Shown: positions 39,978 through 51,427 of the stretch, in pieces
How positions within the stretch are numbered: position 1 is the stretch's first letter
Layout: every line of letters starts with the position of its first letter
NCBI RefSeq assembly: GCF_902652985.1
Contig: NC_047023.1
Location: 37,820,001-37,884,000 of the forward strand
Origin: Pecten maximus
Taxonomy: Eukaryota
Direction of reading: 5' to 3'
DNA: 64,000 bases
The notes under the pieces: model-generated
Seen by the model: the letters and a program-made list of their open reading frames with translations, nothing else
Told to the model about the DNA's origin: nothing
Database searches by the model: none
Made by a program: the position numbers and the translations under genes

Positions 39978-42900
39978 GTCAAGGTAAGGTTTCCATGGCT
40001 GACTTACCAATTAAGTCAAGGTTTCCATAGCTGACTTACCAATTTACCAATTAAGTCAAGGTTTTCATGACTGACTTAGGAATTGAGTCAAGGTTTCCAT
40101 GGCTGACTTACCAATTAAGTCAAGGTTTCCATGGCTGACTTACCAATTAAGTCAAGGTTTCAATGGCTAACTTACCAATTAAGTCAAGGTTTCCATAGCT
40201 AACTTACCAATTAAGTCAAGGTTTCCATGGCTGACTTACCAGTTAAGTCAAGGTTTCCATGGCTGACTTACCAATTAAGTCAAGGTTTCCATAGCTAACT
40301 TACCAATTAAGTCAAGGTTTCCATGGCTGACTTACCAATTAAGTCAAGGTTTCCATGGCTAACTTACCAATTAAGTCAAGGTTTCCATGGCTGACTTACC
40401 AGTTAAGTCAAGGTTTCCATGGCTGACTTACCAATTAAGTCAAGGTTTGCATGGCTGACTTACAAATTAAGTCAAGGTTTCCATGGCTGACTTACCAATT
40501 AAGTCAAGGTTTCCATGGCTGACTTACCAATTAAGTCAAGGTTTCCATAGCTGACTTACCAATTAAGTCAAGGTTTCAATGGCTGACTTACCAATTAAGT
40601 CAAGGTTTCCATGGCTAACTTACCAATTAAGTCAAGGTTTCCATAGCTAACTTACCAATTAAGTCAAGGTTTCCATGGCTGACTTACCAGTTAAGTCAAG
40701 GTTTCCATGGCTGACTTACCAATTAAGTCAAGGTTTGCATGGCTGACTTACCAATTAAGTCAAGGTTTCCATGGCTAACTTACCAATTAAGTCAAGGTTT
40801 CCATGGCTGACTTACCAATTAAGTCAAGGTTTCCATAGCTGACTTACCAATTTACCAATTAAGTCAAGGTTTTCATGACTGACTTAGGAATTGAGTCAAG
40901 GTTTCCATGGCTGACTTACCAATTAAGTCAAGGTTTCCATGGCTGACTTACCAATTAAGTCAAGGTTTCAATGGCTAACTTACCAATTAACTCAAGGTTT
41001 CCATAGCTAACTTACCAATTAAGTCAAGGTTTCCATGGCTGACTTACCAGTTAAGTCAAGGTTTCCATGGCTGACTTACCAATTAAGTCAAGGTTTCCAT
41101 AGCTAACTTACCAATTAAGTCAAGGTTTCCATGGCTGACTTACCAATTAAGTCAAGGTTTCCATGACTAACTTACCAATTAAGTCAAGGTTTCCATAGCT
41201 AACTTACCAATTAAGTCAAGGTTTCCATGGCTGACTTACCAGTTAAGTCAAGGTTTCCATGGCTGACTTACCAATTAAGTCAAGGTTTGCATGGCTGACT
41301 TACAAATTAAGTCAAGGTTTCCATGGCTGACTTACCAATTAAGTCAAGGTTTCCATGGCTGACTTACCAATTAAGTCAAGGTTTCAATAGCTGACTTACC
41401 AATTAAGTCAAGGTTTCAATGGCTGACTTACCAATTAAGTCAAGGTTTCCATGGCTAACTTACCAATTAAGTCAAGGTTTCCATAGCTAACTTACCAATT
41501 AAGTCAAGGTTTCCATGGCTGACTTACCAGTTAAGTCAAGGTTTCCATGGCTGACTTACCAATTAAGTCAAGGTTTGCATGGCTGACTTACCAATTAAGT
41601 CAAGGTTTCCATGGCTAACTTACCAATTAAGTCAAGGTTTCCATGGCTGACTTACCAATTAAGTCAAGGTTTCCATAGCTGACTTACCAATTAAGTCAAG
41701 GTTTCCATGGCTGACTTACCAATTAAGTCAAGGTTTCCATGGCTGACTTACCAATTAAGTCAAGGTTTCCATAGCTGACTTACCAATTAAGTCAAGGTTT
41801 CAATGGCTGACTTACCAATTAAGTCAAGGTTTCCATGGCTGACTTACCAATTAAGTCAAGGTTTCCATGGCTGACTTACCAATTAAGTCAAGGTTTCCAT
41901 GGCTGACTTACCAATTAAGTCAAGGTTTCAATGGCTGACTTACCAATTAAGTCAAGGTTTCCATGGCTAACTTACCAATTAAGTCAAGGTTTCCATAGCT
42001 AACTTACCAATTAAGTCAAGGTTTCCATGGCTGACTTACCAGTTAAGTCAAGGTTTCCATGGCTGACTTACCAATTAAGTCAAGGTTTGCATGGCTGACT
42101 TACCAATTAAGTCAAGGTTTCCATGGCTAACTTACCAATTAAGTCAAGGTTTCCATGGCTGACTTACCAATTAAGTCAAGGTTTCCATAGCTGACTTACC
42201 AATTTACCAATTAAGTCAAGGTTTTCATGACTGACTTAGGAATTGAGTCAAGGTTTCCATGGCTGACTTACCAATTAAGTCAAGGTTTCCATGGCTGACT
42301 TACCAATTAAGTCAAGGTTTCAATGGCTAACTTACCAATTAACTCAAGGTTTCCATAGCTAACTTACCAATTAAGTCAAGGTTTCCATGGCTGACTTACC
42401 AGTTAAGTCAAGGTTTCCATGGCTGACTTACCAATTAAGTCAAGGTTTCCATAGCTAACTTACCAATTAAGTCAAGGTTTCCATGGCTGACTTACCAATT
42501 AAGTCAAGGTTTCCATGACTAACTTACCAATTAAGTCAAGGTTTCCATAGCTAACTTACCAATTAAGTCAAGGTTTCCATGGCTGACTTACCAGTTAAGT
42601 CAAGGTTTCCATGGCTGACTTACCAATTAAGTCAAGGTTTGCATGGCTGACTTACAAATTAAGTCAAGGTTTCCATGGCTGACTTACCAATTAAGTCAAG
42701 GTTTCCATGGCTGACTTACCAATTAAGTCAAGGTTTCAATGGCTGACTTACCAATTAAGTCAAGGTTTCAATGGCTGACTTACCAATTAAGTCAAGGTTT
42801 CCATGGCTAACTTACCAATTAAGTCAAGGTTTCCATAGCTAACTTACCAATTAAGTCAAGGTTTCCATGGCTGACTTACCAGTTAAGTCAAGGTTTCCAT

Positions 42901-43442
42901 GGCTGACTTACCAATTAAGTCAAGGTTTGCATGGCTGACTTACCAATTAAGTCAAGGTTTCCATGGCTAACTTACCAATTAAGTCAAGGTTTCCATGGCT
43001 GACTTACCAATTAAGTCAAGGTTTCCATAGCTGACTTACCAATTAAGTCAAGGTTTCCATGGCTGACTTACCAATTAAGTCAAGGTTTCCATGGCTGACT
43101 TACCAATTAAGTCAAGGTTTCCATAGCTGACTTACCAATTAAGTCAAGGTTTCAATGGCTGACTTACCAATTAAGTCAAGGTTTCCATGGCTGACTTACC
43201 AATTAAGTCAAGGTTTCCATGGCTGACTTACCAATTAAGTCAAGGTTTCCATGGCTGACTTACCAATTAAGTCAAGGTTTCCATGGCTGACTTACCAATT
43301 AAGTCAAGGTGTCCATGGCTGACTTACCAATTAAGTCAAGGTTTCAATGGCTGACTTACCAATTAAGTCAAGGTGTCCATGGCTGTTTTATTAAGTCAAT
43401 GTTTCCATGGCTGATTTATGAAGTCAAGGTAAGGTTTCCATG
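39978..43442. repeat. Satellite, 32 bp, ~108 copies, with higher-order duplications
   Basis: Unit aagtcaaggtttccatggctgacttaccaatt. Confidence 0.98.
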
Positions 43443-43834
43443 GAGGACTTGCTTACAGAAAATATTTCTATGGATTTAAGAGAGGTAATCCTATGGACAA
43501 CATACTGAAGGGTATAAGGATGGATGTATCATGCTGTTTGCAGTAGTGTTTGTCTGGGGTTATTCCATCCTACATACCCTGCTTACTTATGAGTCAGCTT
43601 CAGTACAATTTTCCCTCATAGATATTTATAAAGCTAGAGTTGAGGTTTAGAAATTATTGCTTGTGTTTAGAAGAAAAACAAATGTGTCATCTAGTAGTGG
43701 TCTGCTGTATTATTTAACCAAGAGCTTTATATTACAATATCAGTTTTGTTGTTGAAACGATTTTTATCGGCCTCCTCCAGTGTCAGCTGAATTATTGATA
43801 CAACTTTGAATGGTTGTCTCCTATATTTTCATAG

Positions 43835-43885
43835 GAACTGAAGGGGTTTCCTCATTTTGTACACATTTCAATCTGTAAACAGCAG
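43835..43885 (+). CDS. Candidate symmetric 51-nt cassette exon: ELKGFPHFVHISICKQQ
   Basis: Pyrimidine-rich acceptor tgtctcctatattttcatAG|, strong donor CAG|GTAAGC, length divisible by 3, open in phase 0/0, 1.5 kb upstream of the shared exon. No homology evidence. Confidence 0.35.
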
Positions 43886-44967
43886 GTAAGCTTTGTTGTA
43901 ACGAATGCGTGTCATGCTGAATAACATGTCAGTCAATTTTTTTCACCGATATATAGTTTCTGAATACAATAGTGATTTAGTGTCTCGTGAAAATCACCTG
44001 ATTGACAGCAATCAATACTTTTCTTCCTTTCATATCCTCATCATATGTACTGCATCCTGATTTGCAGACTGGTAATAATACATTTATGTTGCCATGACAA
44101 TGAAAACAAACATTCCCTTGGATAAACATCTGAGATACCAAATAAAATCAATGAATATCGGTGAATGATGCTGCCAAAAATATAGCATAATATACATGTA
44201 TCATCAATGTCTGTGGTCCATCTGTCCGCCTGCTAATTTCAACTTATCTGCAATCCCACAGTTCTCCAACAATTCTTTTGAGATTTGGAGTGATTGATGA
44301 GACTCAAATGAAGATTGATTACTCATTGGGATGTGGACGAAGTTACAACCCTTTGTTAATTCGCCAGCACATGATGTACCCCACAGATTTTGACAATATC
44401 TTTTTAACTTTTTAATGAACAAATGTGTTTGTCTTTATACTGAAAAATGTCACTTGGGTTTATTATATAAGTATAAAATGACTGCGGTGAAATAACTGAT
44501 TGTTTATATATCATTCATGTCATCCTTCATGGACATTAAAATATAATACTCCAAAATGTCATTCATGTCATCCATCATGGATGTTAAACTATAATAAACA
44601 GATGTCATTCATGTCTCCATCATGGATGTTAAACTATAATAAACCAAATATATGATGAAAAAAATTAATTGGGATTTACCCTTAATGTGTCCTACTGATT
44701 GAATGTCAATAATAAGTGCTCTGAAAATGTGCTGATATTGATTCCTTCCAAAAGCATAGTTAATCTATTCAATTTTTTTTCTTGCTCAACATAGGTTTTG
44801 TTTTTCCTTTTACATTAATATTTTATTTACACCAGGTGTGTATTACCAGTAGTAGAAGTGATAGTGTTCGTTACCATTTCTGGATATGAAGCATTAGCCA
44901 TGTATTGATCACCTAATGGTTTTACATATTTATTTGTCCCCATATTGTAAAAATTTGTAAATGAGAT

Positions 44968-45404
44968 TGGTTAGTTATAGAGATTGTAGAAATATTAAAA
45001 GCATGTTTTATAAAATGAAGTTTGGTTTGTATTTTGTAGGAATTAGTTATAGAGATTGTAGAAATATTAAAAACATGTTTGATAAAATGAAGTTTGGTTT
45101 GTATTTTGTAGGAATTAGTTATATAGATTGTAGAAATATTAAAAACATGTTTGATAAAATGAAGTTTGGTTTGTATTTTGTAGGAATTAGTTATAGAGAT
45201 TGTAGAAATATTAAAAGCATGCTTGATAAATGAAGTTTGGTTTGTATTTTGTAGGAATTAGTTATATAGATTGTAGAAATATTAAAAACATGTTTGATAA
45301 AATGAAGTTTGGTTTGTATTTTGTAGGAATTAGTTATAGAGATTGTAGAAATATTAAAAGCATGTTTGATAAAATGAAGTTTGGTTTGTGTTTTGTAGGA
45401 ATTA
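44968..45404 (+). repeat. 72-bp tandem repeat x6, each unit ending in the exon's 3' splice site
   Basis: TTTTGTAG|GAATTA with the AG ending at 45039, 45111, 45183, 45254, 45326 and 45398. Confidence 0.95.
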
Positions 45405-45504
45405 AACATCAGACAGCGACAGCAGGCGTTGATGCAGCATTCGTTCTTTGTCCTAGAAGTATGGCTACGAGAAGGTCGTGATTTAGTAGTGAGAGACAGC
45501 TGTG
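45399..45504 (+). CDS. MCTP1: MCTP1-like exon, start of C2A domain: ELNIRQRQQALMQHSFFVLEVWLREGRDLVVRDSC(G)
   Basis: Acceptor tttgtgttttgtAG| (45397-45398); donor TGTG|GTAAGT (phase 1). Translation resembles the first beta-strand and loop of MCTP C2A as I recall it (human YQLDITLRRGQSLAARDRGG). The phase-1 G completes the GGT codon with the exon at 50381. Not in the ORF track in this frame. Confidence 0.9.
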
Positions 45505-45599
45505 GTAAGTACAGTATGGGTGTGTGGTCAAGATAACAGTAGACCTTATTAACACCTTAGTGAATAGCCTAGAGATGTGGACCAAATTGAGTGATGGAA

Positions 45600-46325
45600 A
45601 TAGTGAGATAGTCCGAAAAATAAAGAAATAAGAAAAATAGAGAGAGGGAGAGACTCTGAGAAAGGGAAAGGAAAAGTTGAGAAAAAAGGAGAGACAGCAA
45701 GAGATAGAGAGAGAATAAGAGATATGGAAGGAGAGAGAAAGAGACAAAATAGAGAGAGGCAGGGAGATAGTCAGAAAGAATTAAGAAAGGAAAAAATGAA
45801 GATATGACAAGGGCAAGATAAGGAAGAGAGAGAGAGGGAGGGGTTGAGAAAGTTGACAAAACATAAAGAGATTGGAAAGAGAAACCTTTGGAGGGATCGA
45901 TAGCTGAGACAATTAGTGGAGAGAGTGAGAGACCAATGGAGAAGTCTAAGGGGGTGGGAGTGGAGGGATTGAGAGATGGTCACAGAGAGGGAGAAACCTT
46001 TAGAGATATCGAGAGCTGAGACAATTGTTGGAGAAAGTGAGAGACCAATGGAGAAGTTTCAGGGTTGGGAGTGGAGGGATTGAGAGATGGTCACAGAGAG
46101 GGAGAAACCTTTAGAGAGATCGAGAGCTGAGACAATTGATGGAGAGAGTGAGAGACCAATGGAAAAGTTTCAGGGTTGGGAATGGAGGGATTGAGAGATG
46201 GTCACAGAGAGAGTGGGAAAACAGATGAGGGAGAGAGCAGTTAGAAAAAGAGCTGTAAGATAGTGACAGAGAAACAAATGGAAAGGTTTTGGGGAGGAGA
46301 GAGACAGCCAGAGAGTGTGAGAAGA
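45600..46325 (+). repeat. Purine (GA)-rich low-complexity tract including a ~112-bp repeat x3
   Basis: GA-rich sequence; gaaaccttt recurs at 45881, 45993 and 46104. Confidence 0.85.
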
Positions 46326-47566
46326 GGTAAAAAGATAAAACTTGATTGCTGGAGATGTGCATTAAGACATGACTAGTGTTAGTTACATTACGTCACAGAA
46401 CAAAGTTTGTGGTGTGTAACTGCATCTGACATTGTATCCAGGTGATAAAACCATCGATAGGATTTCAGAAATGTATTTTGAACTGCAATAGCTGGGGAAG
46501 AAATTTAATCTAACTTCTCACCAACACACATCAAAACAAATGCTATATTGCATTTCACTATTGATAATTTTTGAGAAGTAATTACTTGTTATCATGGTGA
46601 TTTCATTTTAGTTTGGAAATGCACCATAGTTTCCTTCGACATTTTGGTAAATTGATTCGAGTCTTTCAGTCTGGTGCAATGTGATTTGCAATCATACTTG
46701 ATAGAGTCATAGACATTTTCTTTCCAGACATATTAGGTATAAAATGGAATAAGGGAATAGAATTCTGTTATTGTATTAAAGTTTGTCTGAGAAAACCAAC
46801 AAAATCAATAGTTGTGACAAAGGGTTCTGCTATTCATATACTGACTTTTTGTATCTAGAATAGATTCAAAGTTGAAAAATAAATGTGATCAAAACATTCT
46901 AAGTTTATCATTTGTTTATCTAAAGATATGGAACAATTGTTTTTCATTATCAAGAACTAAAAAGAACATATTAGGCTCATATCTAATACCCCTGTGGAGT
47001 ACTGATTGAACCATTAAGACACATTCTACCCAACAGTTATGCAGTTTCACCAAAGCATTTAAAGAATCTACGTTTATACTGTATAGTCACTAAGTGTAGA
47101 AATCCTAAAACTGGATCTACTAATCAGTTTGCTGACAGACTTCATGTTATTGAATTTTCAACAGAATAATTTGATATATCAATAATGATTTCTTGAGCTG
47201 TCTTACTCCTGGTACCATTATGTTTCAACACGCACATGGCAGGGAGATTTCTCTGGTAACCTGTCTCCCTCCCATTAGGCCGAGGTCTATCAGGCTCTGT
47301 TAAGGCATGGAGCTACAAGTGTAATTAAAATAACAATAGATTTCTGTAATGTCTGTCTGTACTGATAAATGTTCGTGTTGTTGAAATGTTATGAAAATAT
47401 TATTGATAATTACCAGAAAATTGTTCCTGACAGCCTGATGGGTTGTACAAACTGAATTGTTACATAATCATGTTTGTCAGAATTTTTTTGAAGTATATTA
47501 TTAAAGACAGGTTCAAAATATGTCTATACAGGATTCTTTCATCTTGTGAAATTGTCCAACACTCTT

Positions 47567-48208
47567 TTTAGGTCATCTGACCAAAAGGGTAAGGATGACC
47601 TATAGTCATCATGCTTTGTCTGTCGTCATGTCCTGTCTGCCGTGCGTAAACTTTTCACATTTTAAACTTCTTCTCAAGTTCCACTGGTGGGATTGAGCTG
47701 ACACTTGCCTGGAAAGATCCTGAGATAGTCCTGACCAAGTGCTGTTATTTTTTGGATCGGTCCGAAATCCAAGATGGCCGCTATGACAGCCATCTTGAAA
47801 AACACACTTTAAACTTCTTGTCCAGTTCCACTGGTGCTATTGAGCTAGAAATTGGTGAAGATGTTAAGGGAGGGGAGCCAACAAAGTGTTGTTATTTTTC
47901 GGCCTTGTAAAAACTTTTATATGGCAGCCATGGCGGCCATTTTATAACATTATTGCACAATCATGGTTTTTCTGAACAACACCTATTTCAAACGTCTTCT
48001 CAAGTTCCATCTGTGAGATTCAGCTCTATCTTACCTGAAATTATCCTGAGACGGTCCTGACCAAGTGTTGTTATTTTTTGGGACAGTCCGAAATCCAAGA
48101 TGGCTGCCATGGCCAACAATCCCACCATAGTTGCTACTGAGTATGTATACTACAATAGTAAAAGGGTTTTTAGAGTCAGATGACCGTTAAGGCCCATGGG
48201 CCTCTTGT
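47567..48208 (+). mobile_element. Second complete Helentron-associated non-autonomous element with a different core
   Basis: TTTTTAGGTCATCTGACC...GATGACCT 5' hairpin; degenerate GTC microsatellite; internal repeats with aagtgttgttatttt and aaatccaagatggc; 3' end TCAGATGACCGTTAAGGCCCATGGGCCTCTTGT. Confidence 0.85.
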
Positions 48209-49049
48209 CTAGAAGTACTAGATAGAAACAAAATGAATTTCACAAAAGTATTCCTGGGTAAATGTCCATTCAAGCTTTATTATTATTTATGAAATTCACT
48301 GTTCAGAATTGTTCCAATTTTAATCAAATATGGCATGTAGGGGATTTATTCAACAATAACCCATGCCAGGTAATAAGCCCTGCAGACCCTGTTTATTGCA
48401 ATTAAGTGGAAATGCTAACAAATTTGATTTCATTAAGCCCATCCTCTACGTTGAGTCACATGCAATGTATGCTGTGCTTGCCCCCTATTGCTGGGCTAGA
48501 GACTTTTCCCATTGTGGTATGCTAATTGATTAAGGATATTGTATATTCTATAAAAAGATCATTTATCTATTAATGTAAATGGTCTACACATCAATAGACT
48601 GATTTATTACCTCATTCAATCCTTACAAAAAATTCTATAAAGAAAATATATGTGAATTACAACTGCAAGAGTATGTACTTTTTCTATGTCACAGTGATTT
48701 TGACGTTGCCCAAACACAGACCATGTTTCAGAAAGAAGCTCATTGGACTGAAAATGACATGTTAATTGTCAATAATTTCTCAAATACTTCACAGAGTGAT
48801 CCTGTGGTTTCTAGTTATGGGATAAGTCAATCTCATACAGCGTAGGGAAAGACAGCTAGCACACGCTATGACGTCGATCACAAAAGCGTAACGTCATCAT
48901 TTTATATAGCGTAAACATGTTGCAGATTAATAACACCATTGCTTTTGATGAACCTTTTCATGATGGCTTGATGAAAAAGATTCACAACATCATACAATTT
49001 AAATTGTTACTTTTTTAAGCACAATATGTGTGAAAAATAATGAAAACAT

Positions 49050-49418
49050 GGGCCTATACCCTGTGGACACCAACAGCGATATCACAGCCCTAGTGTAAGA
49101 GTTTGGCTCCTGGCCAGCACTCGAGATATCACAGCCCTAGTGTAAGAGTTTGGCTCCTGGCCAGCACTCGAGATATCACAGCCCTAGTGTAAGAGTTTGG
49201 CTCCTGGCCAGCACTCGAGATATCACAGCCCTAGTGTAAGAGTTTGGCTCCTGGCCAGCACTCGAGATATCACAGCCCTAGTGTAAGAGTTTGGCTCCTG
49301 GCCAGCACTCGAGATATCTGAACCCTTGAGTAAGACTTTGGCCGACCAGCACTCGAAGCCGATTGGCCAGCCAAAACTCTTATACGAGGGTTAGTGAGAT
49401 ATCCCACGGAACAGGCCA
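49050..49418. mobile_element. Foldback/palindromic element whose left arm holds five identical 47-bp repeats (49078-49312)
   Basis: Unit gatatcacagccctagtgtaagagtttggctcctggccagcactcga. The reverse complement of 49363-49417 (ggcctgttccgtgggatatctcactaaccctcgtataagagttttggctggccaa) resembles the left end plus one unit. Confidence 0.7.
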
Positions 49419-49595
49419 TTGTAACCTTTTATCAATCTGTGTAAAATAGTAGTGTAGGAGCACATGAAAGATCACCAAAGCCAATGTTTTTTTAAGAGAT
49501 GTTTGTGTATGACAACATGAAAATATATGCTTAACTATTGACATGATAGACTGAATAAAATCTACAAATGAAAAAGTGTCTTACAACCAAATTTA

Positions 49596-49737
49596 AATCA
49601 TTCTTAAACATTAAGCCCCGAAGGTTTATTTGTGAACTTTTTACCTTAAAAACTTATCTAAAAATCTGTGACTCTGCAAGAAATGAAAAAGGGGGCTTAT
49701 TTGTGGGCAGGGGTTTATTTTTTGGATAAGTATGGTA
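49596..49737. mobile_element. MITE copy 3, inverted relative to copy 2, degraded
   Basis: tctgcaagaaatgaaaaagggggcttatttgtgggcaggggtttattttttggataagtatggta approximates the reverse complement of 38201-38265. Confidence 0.55.
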
Positions 49738-50380
49738 ATTAACTGCTGCTGGTATAGTTAAGGGGATGTAAATTGAACTAGTTATGGTAATTTGATGGAT
49801 TTATCATAAGAAAGTACCCAAACTAAAATAGCACTATCACAATAGTTTTTCATCAAAAGCAATCAAAATCATTACCGTTAGAGTCCTGCTTTAAGTTGAT
49901 GTTGTACTAAATTTGGCTTTCCTTTCCTTGTGTGTTGGTTAACCTGTTAATGAGATAGTCGACTGCCAGAAGGCTATGAATCCAATATTGAGATACCTGC
50001 TTACATATATATATGGATGATAATAATATGTAGCTGTCCATTAACCTACAATAGTGACAATGATACGGAGTTACATGCTCACTACTCAGAGCTTAATCCT
50101 TTACAGACCTTCGTCTGTAGGAGACGGAATATTCTGTGATAATAACGGTAGTCAAACTGATTAAGGAACTAAATTACAAAATGTCTGTATGAGACAGTAT
50201 ATTCTGTGATAATAACGATAGTCAAAGTGATTAAGGAACTAAATTACAATAATGACAATAATGGCAATAATTTGTAGTTCTGATTATGGACATCATGCTA
50301 CTTTTAAGTACTTTCAGACTATCAGTTAGAGATGTGTCGTAGAGTTAAAGGTGAGTGATTGATTTTCCTTTATCTCACAG

Positions 50381-50603
50381 GTACCAGTGACCCCTATGTG
50401 AAGTTCAAGGTGGGAAGTAAGCAGTACTACAAATCTAAGACTGTGTACAAGAACCTGAACCCCCAGTGGGACGAGCGCCTGACTATCCCTATAGAGGATG
50501 TGTACCGACCAGTCAATGTTAAAGTGTTCGATTATGACCGTGGAATTAGTGATGACCCCATGGGGTCAGCAGAGATTGACCTCACCACTCTGGAACTCAA
50601 TAC
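50381..50603 (+). CDS. MCTP1: MCTP1-like exon, body of C2A domain: (G)TSDPYVKFKVGSKQYYKSKTVYKNLNPQWDE...KVFDYDRGISDDPMGSAEIDLTTLELN(T)
   Basis: Acceptor ttttcctttatctcacAG|, donor AC|GTAGGT (phase 2). C2 hallmarks SDPYV, KNLNPxW and KVFDYD..DD.MG are present, as is the MCTP-type LDLTxLELN ending. With the previous exon, all five canonical Ca2+-binding aspartate positions appear present. The next exon was not found in the window. Confidence 0.93.
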
Positions 50604-51427
50604 GTAGGTACTTTTGGTGATACAGGAATAACCAAAGATTAATATGTAGGTAAAGGGAAGGGAGTTTGAGGTTACTTATATTGTAATCACTTTATCTACT
50701 TGTCAGGGTGAGTCCTGTTACATGTAGTAGCAAAATGCTTCTGTACAACATACCTCATGAATGCCTCAACAGATTAGTTCATATTCATACCATAGTATCA
50801 TGACATTAAGGTCTACACCTTAGATTCTACACCAAAAATAGGTCAAGGTTACAGTGTCAGAGGTCTCTGATCACTGCTGGGTAAGACACAAACTGCCTCT
50901 TCAAAATCAATACCATATCTTGAGAACCCATTGACAGATTTAGTTCATATGCCATCCAGTACTACACCTGATTAGATTTAGGTGAACGACATCAAGGTTA
51001 AAAGGTCAAAGGTCAGTTTGACCACTTTTGCACAATCATATATCCCTTCCAAATCAATACCATATCTTATAGGTATATGTATTAAGTTATATGTAATTAC
51101 ATGAAGTGTATATCTAAAATGTTTTATTTCTCTAAACCTCATTACTGCCTTCTGCCTTGACTATTAATCCCGTTGATTTTAAAAACTGACGTTTGTTGCT
51201 TACTTTGACCTTGACCTTGCCTTTTGGTCTTAACCATTAGATCCTGGAAACCAGCGGGCCTCTTTGCCACACTAGTATTTCAGACAATAACTCAAAGTTC
51301 AAGTGAAGCAACTTAAACTTGCACACTGCTTGTTTATCATGAGATATGCTTACTTTGACTTTTTTTATGTGTCAGATGGGTCAAGGTCACTGTTACTGTC
51401 CATAGAAATTTTGTTTTTTGACATTAA

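Noticed and set aside
44961-45481. ORFs 44961-45233 and 45230-45481
   Set aside because: Translations of the 72-bp repeat; the real exon uses a different frame starting at 45399.
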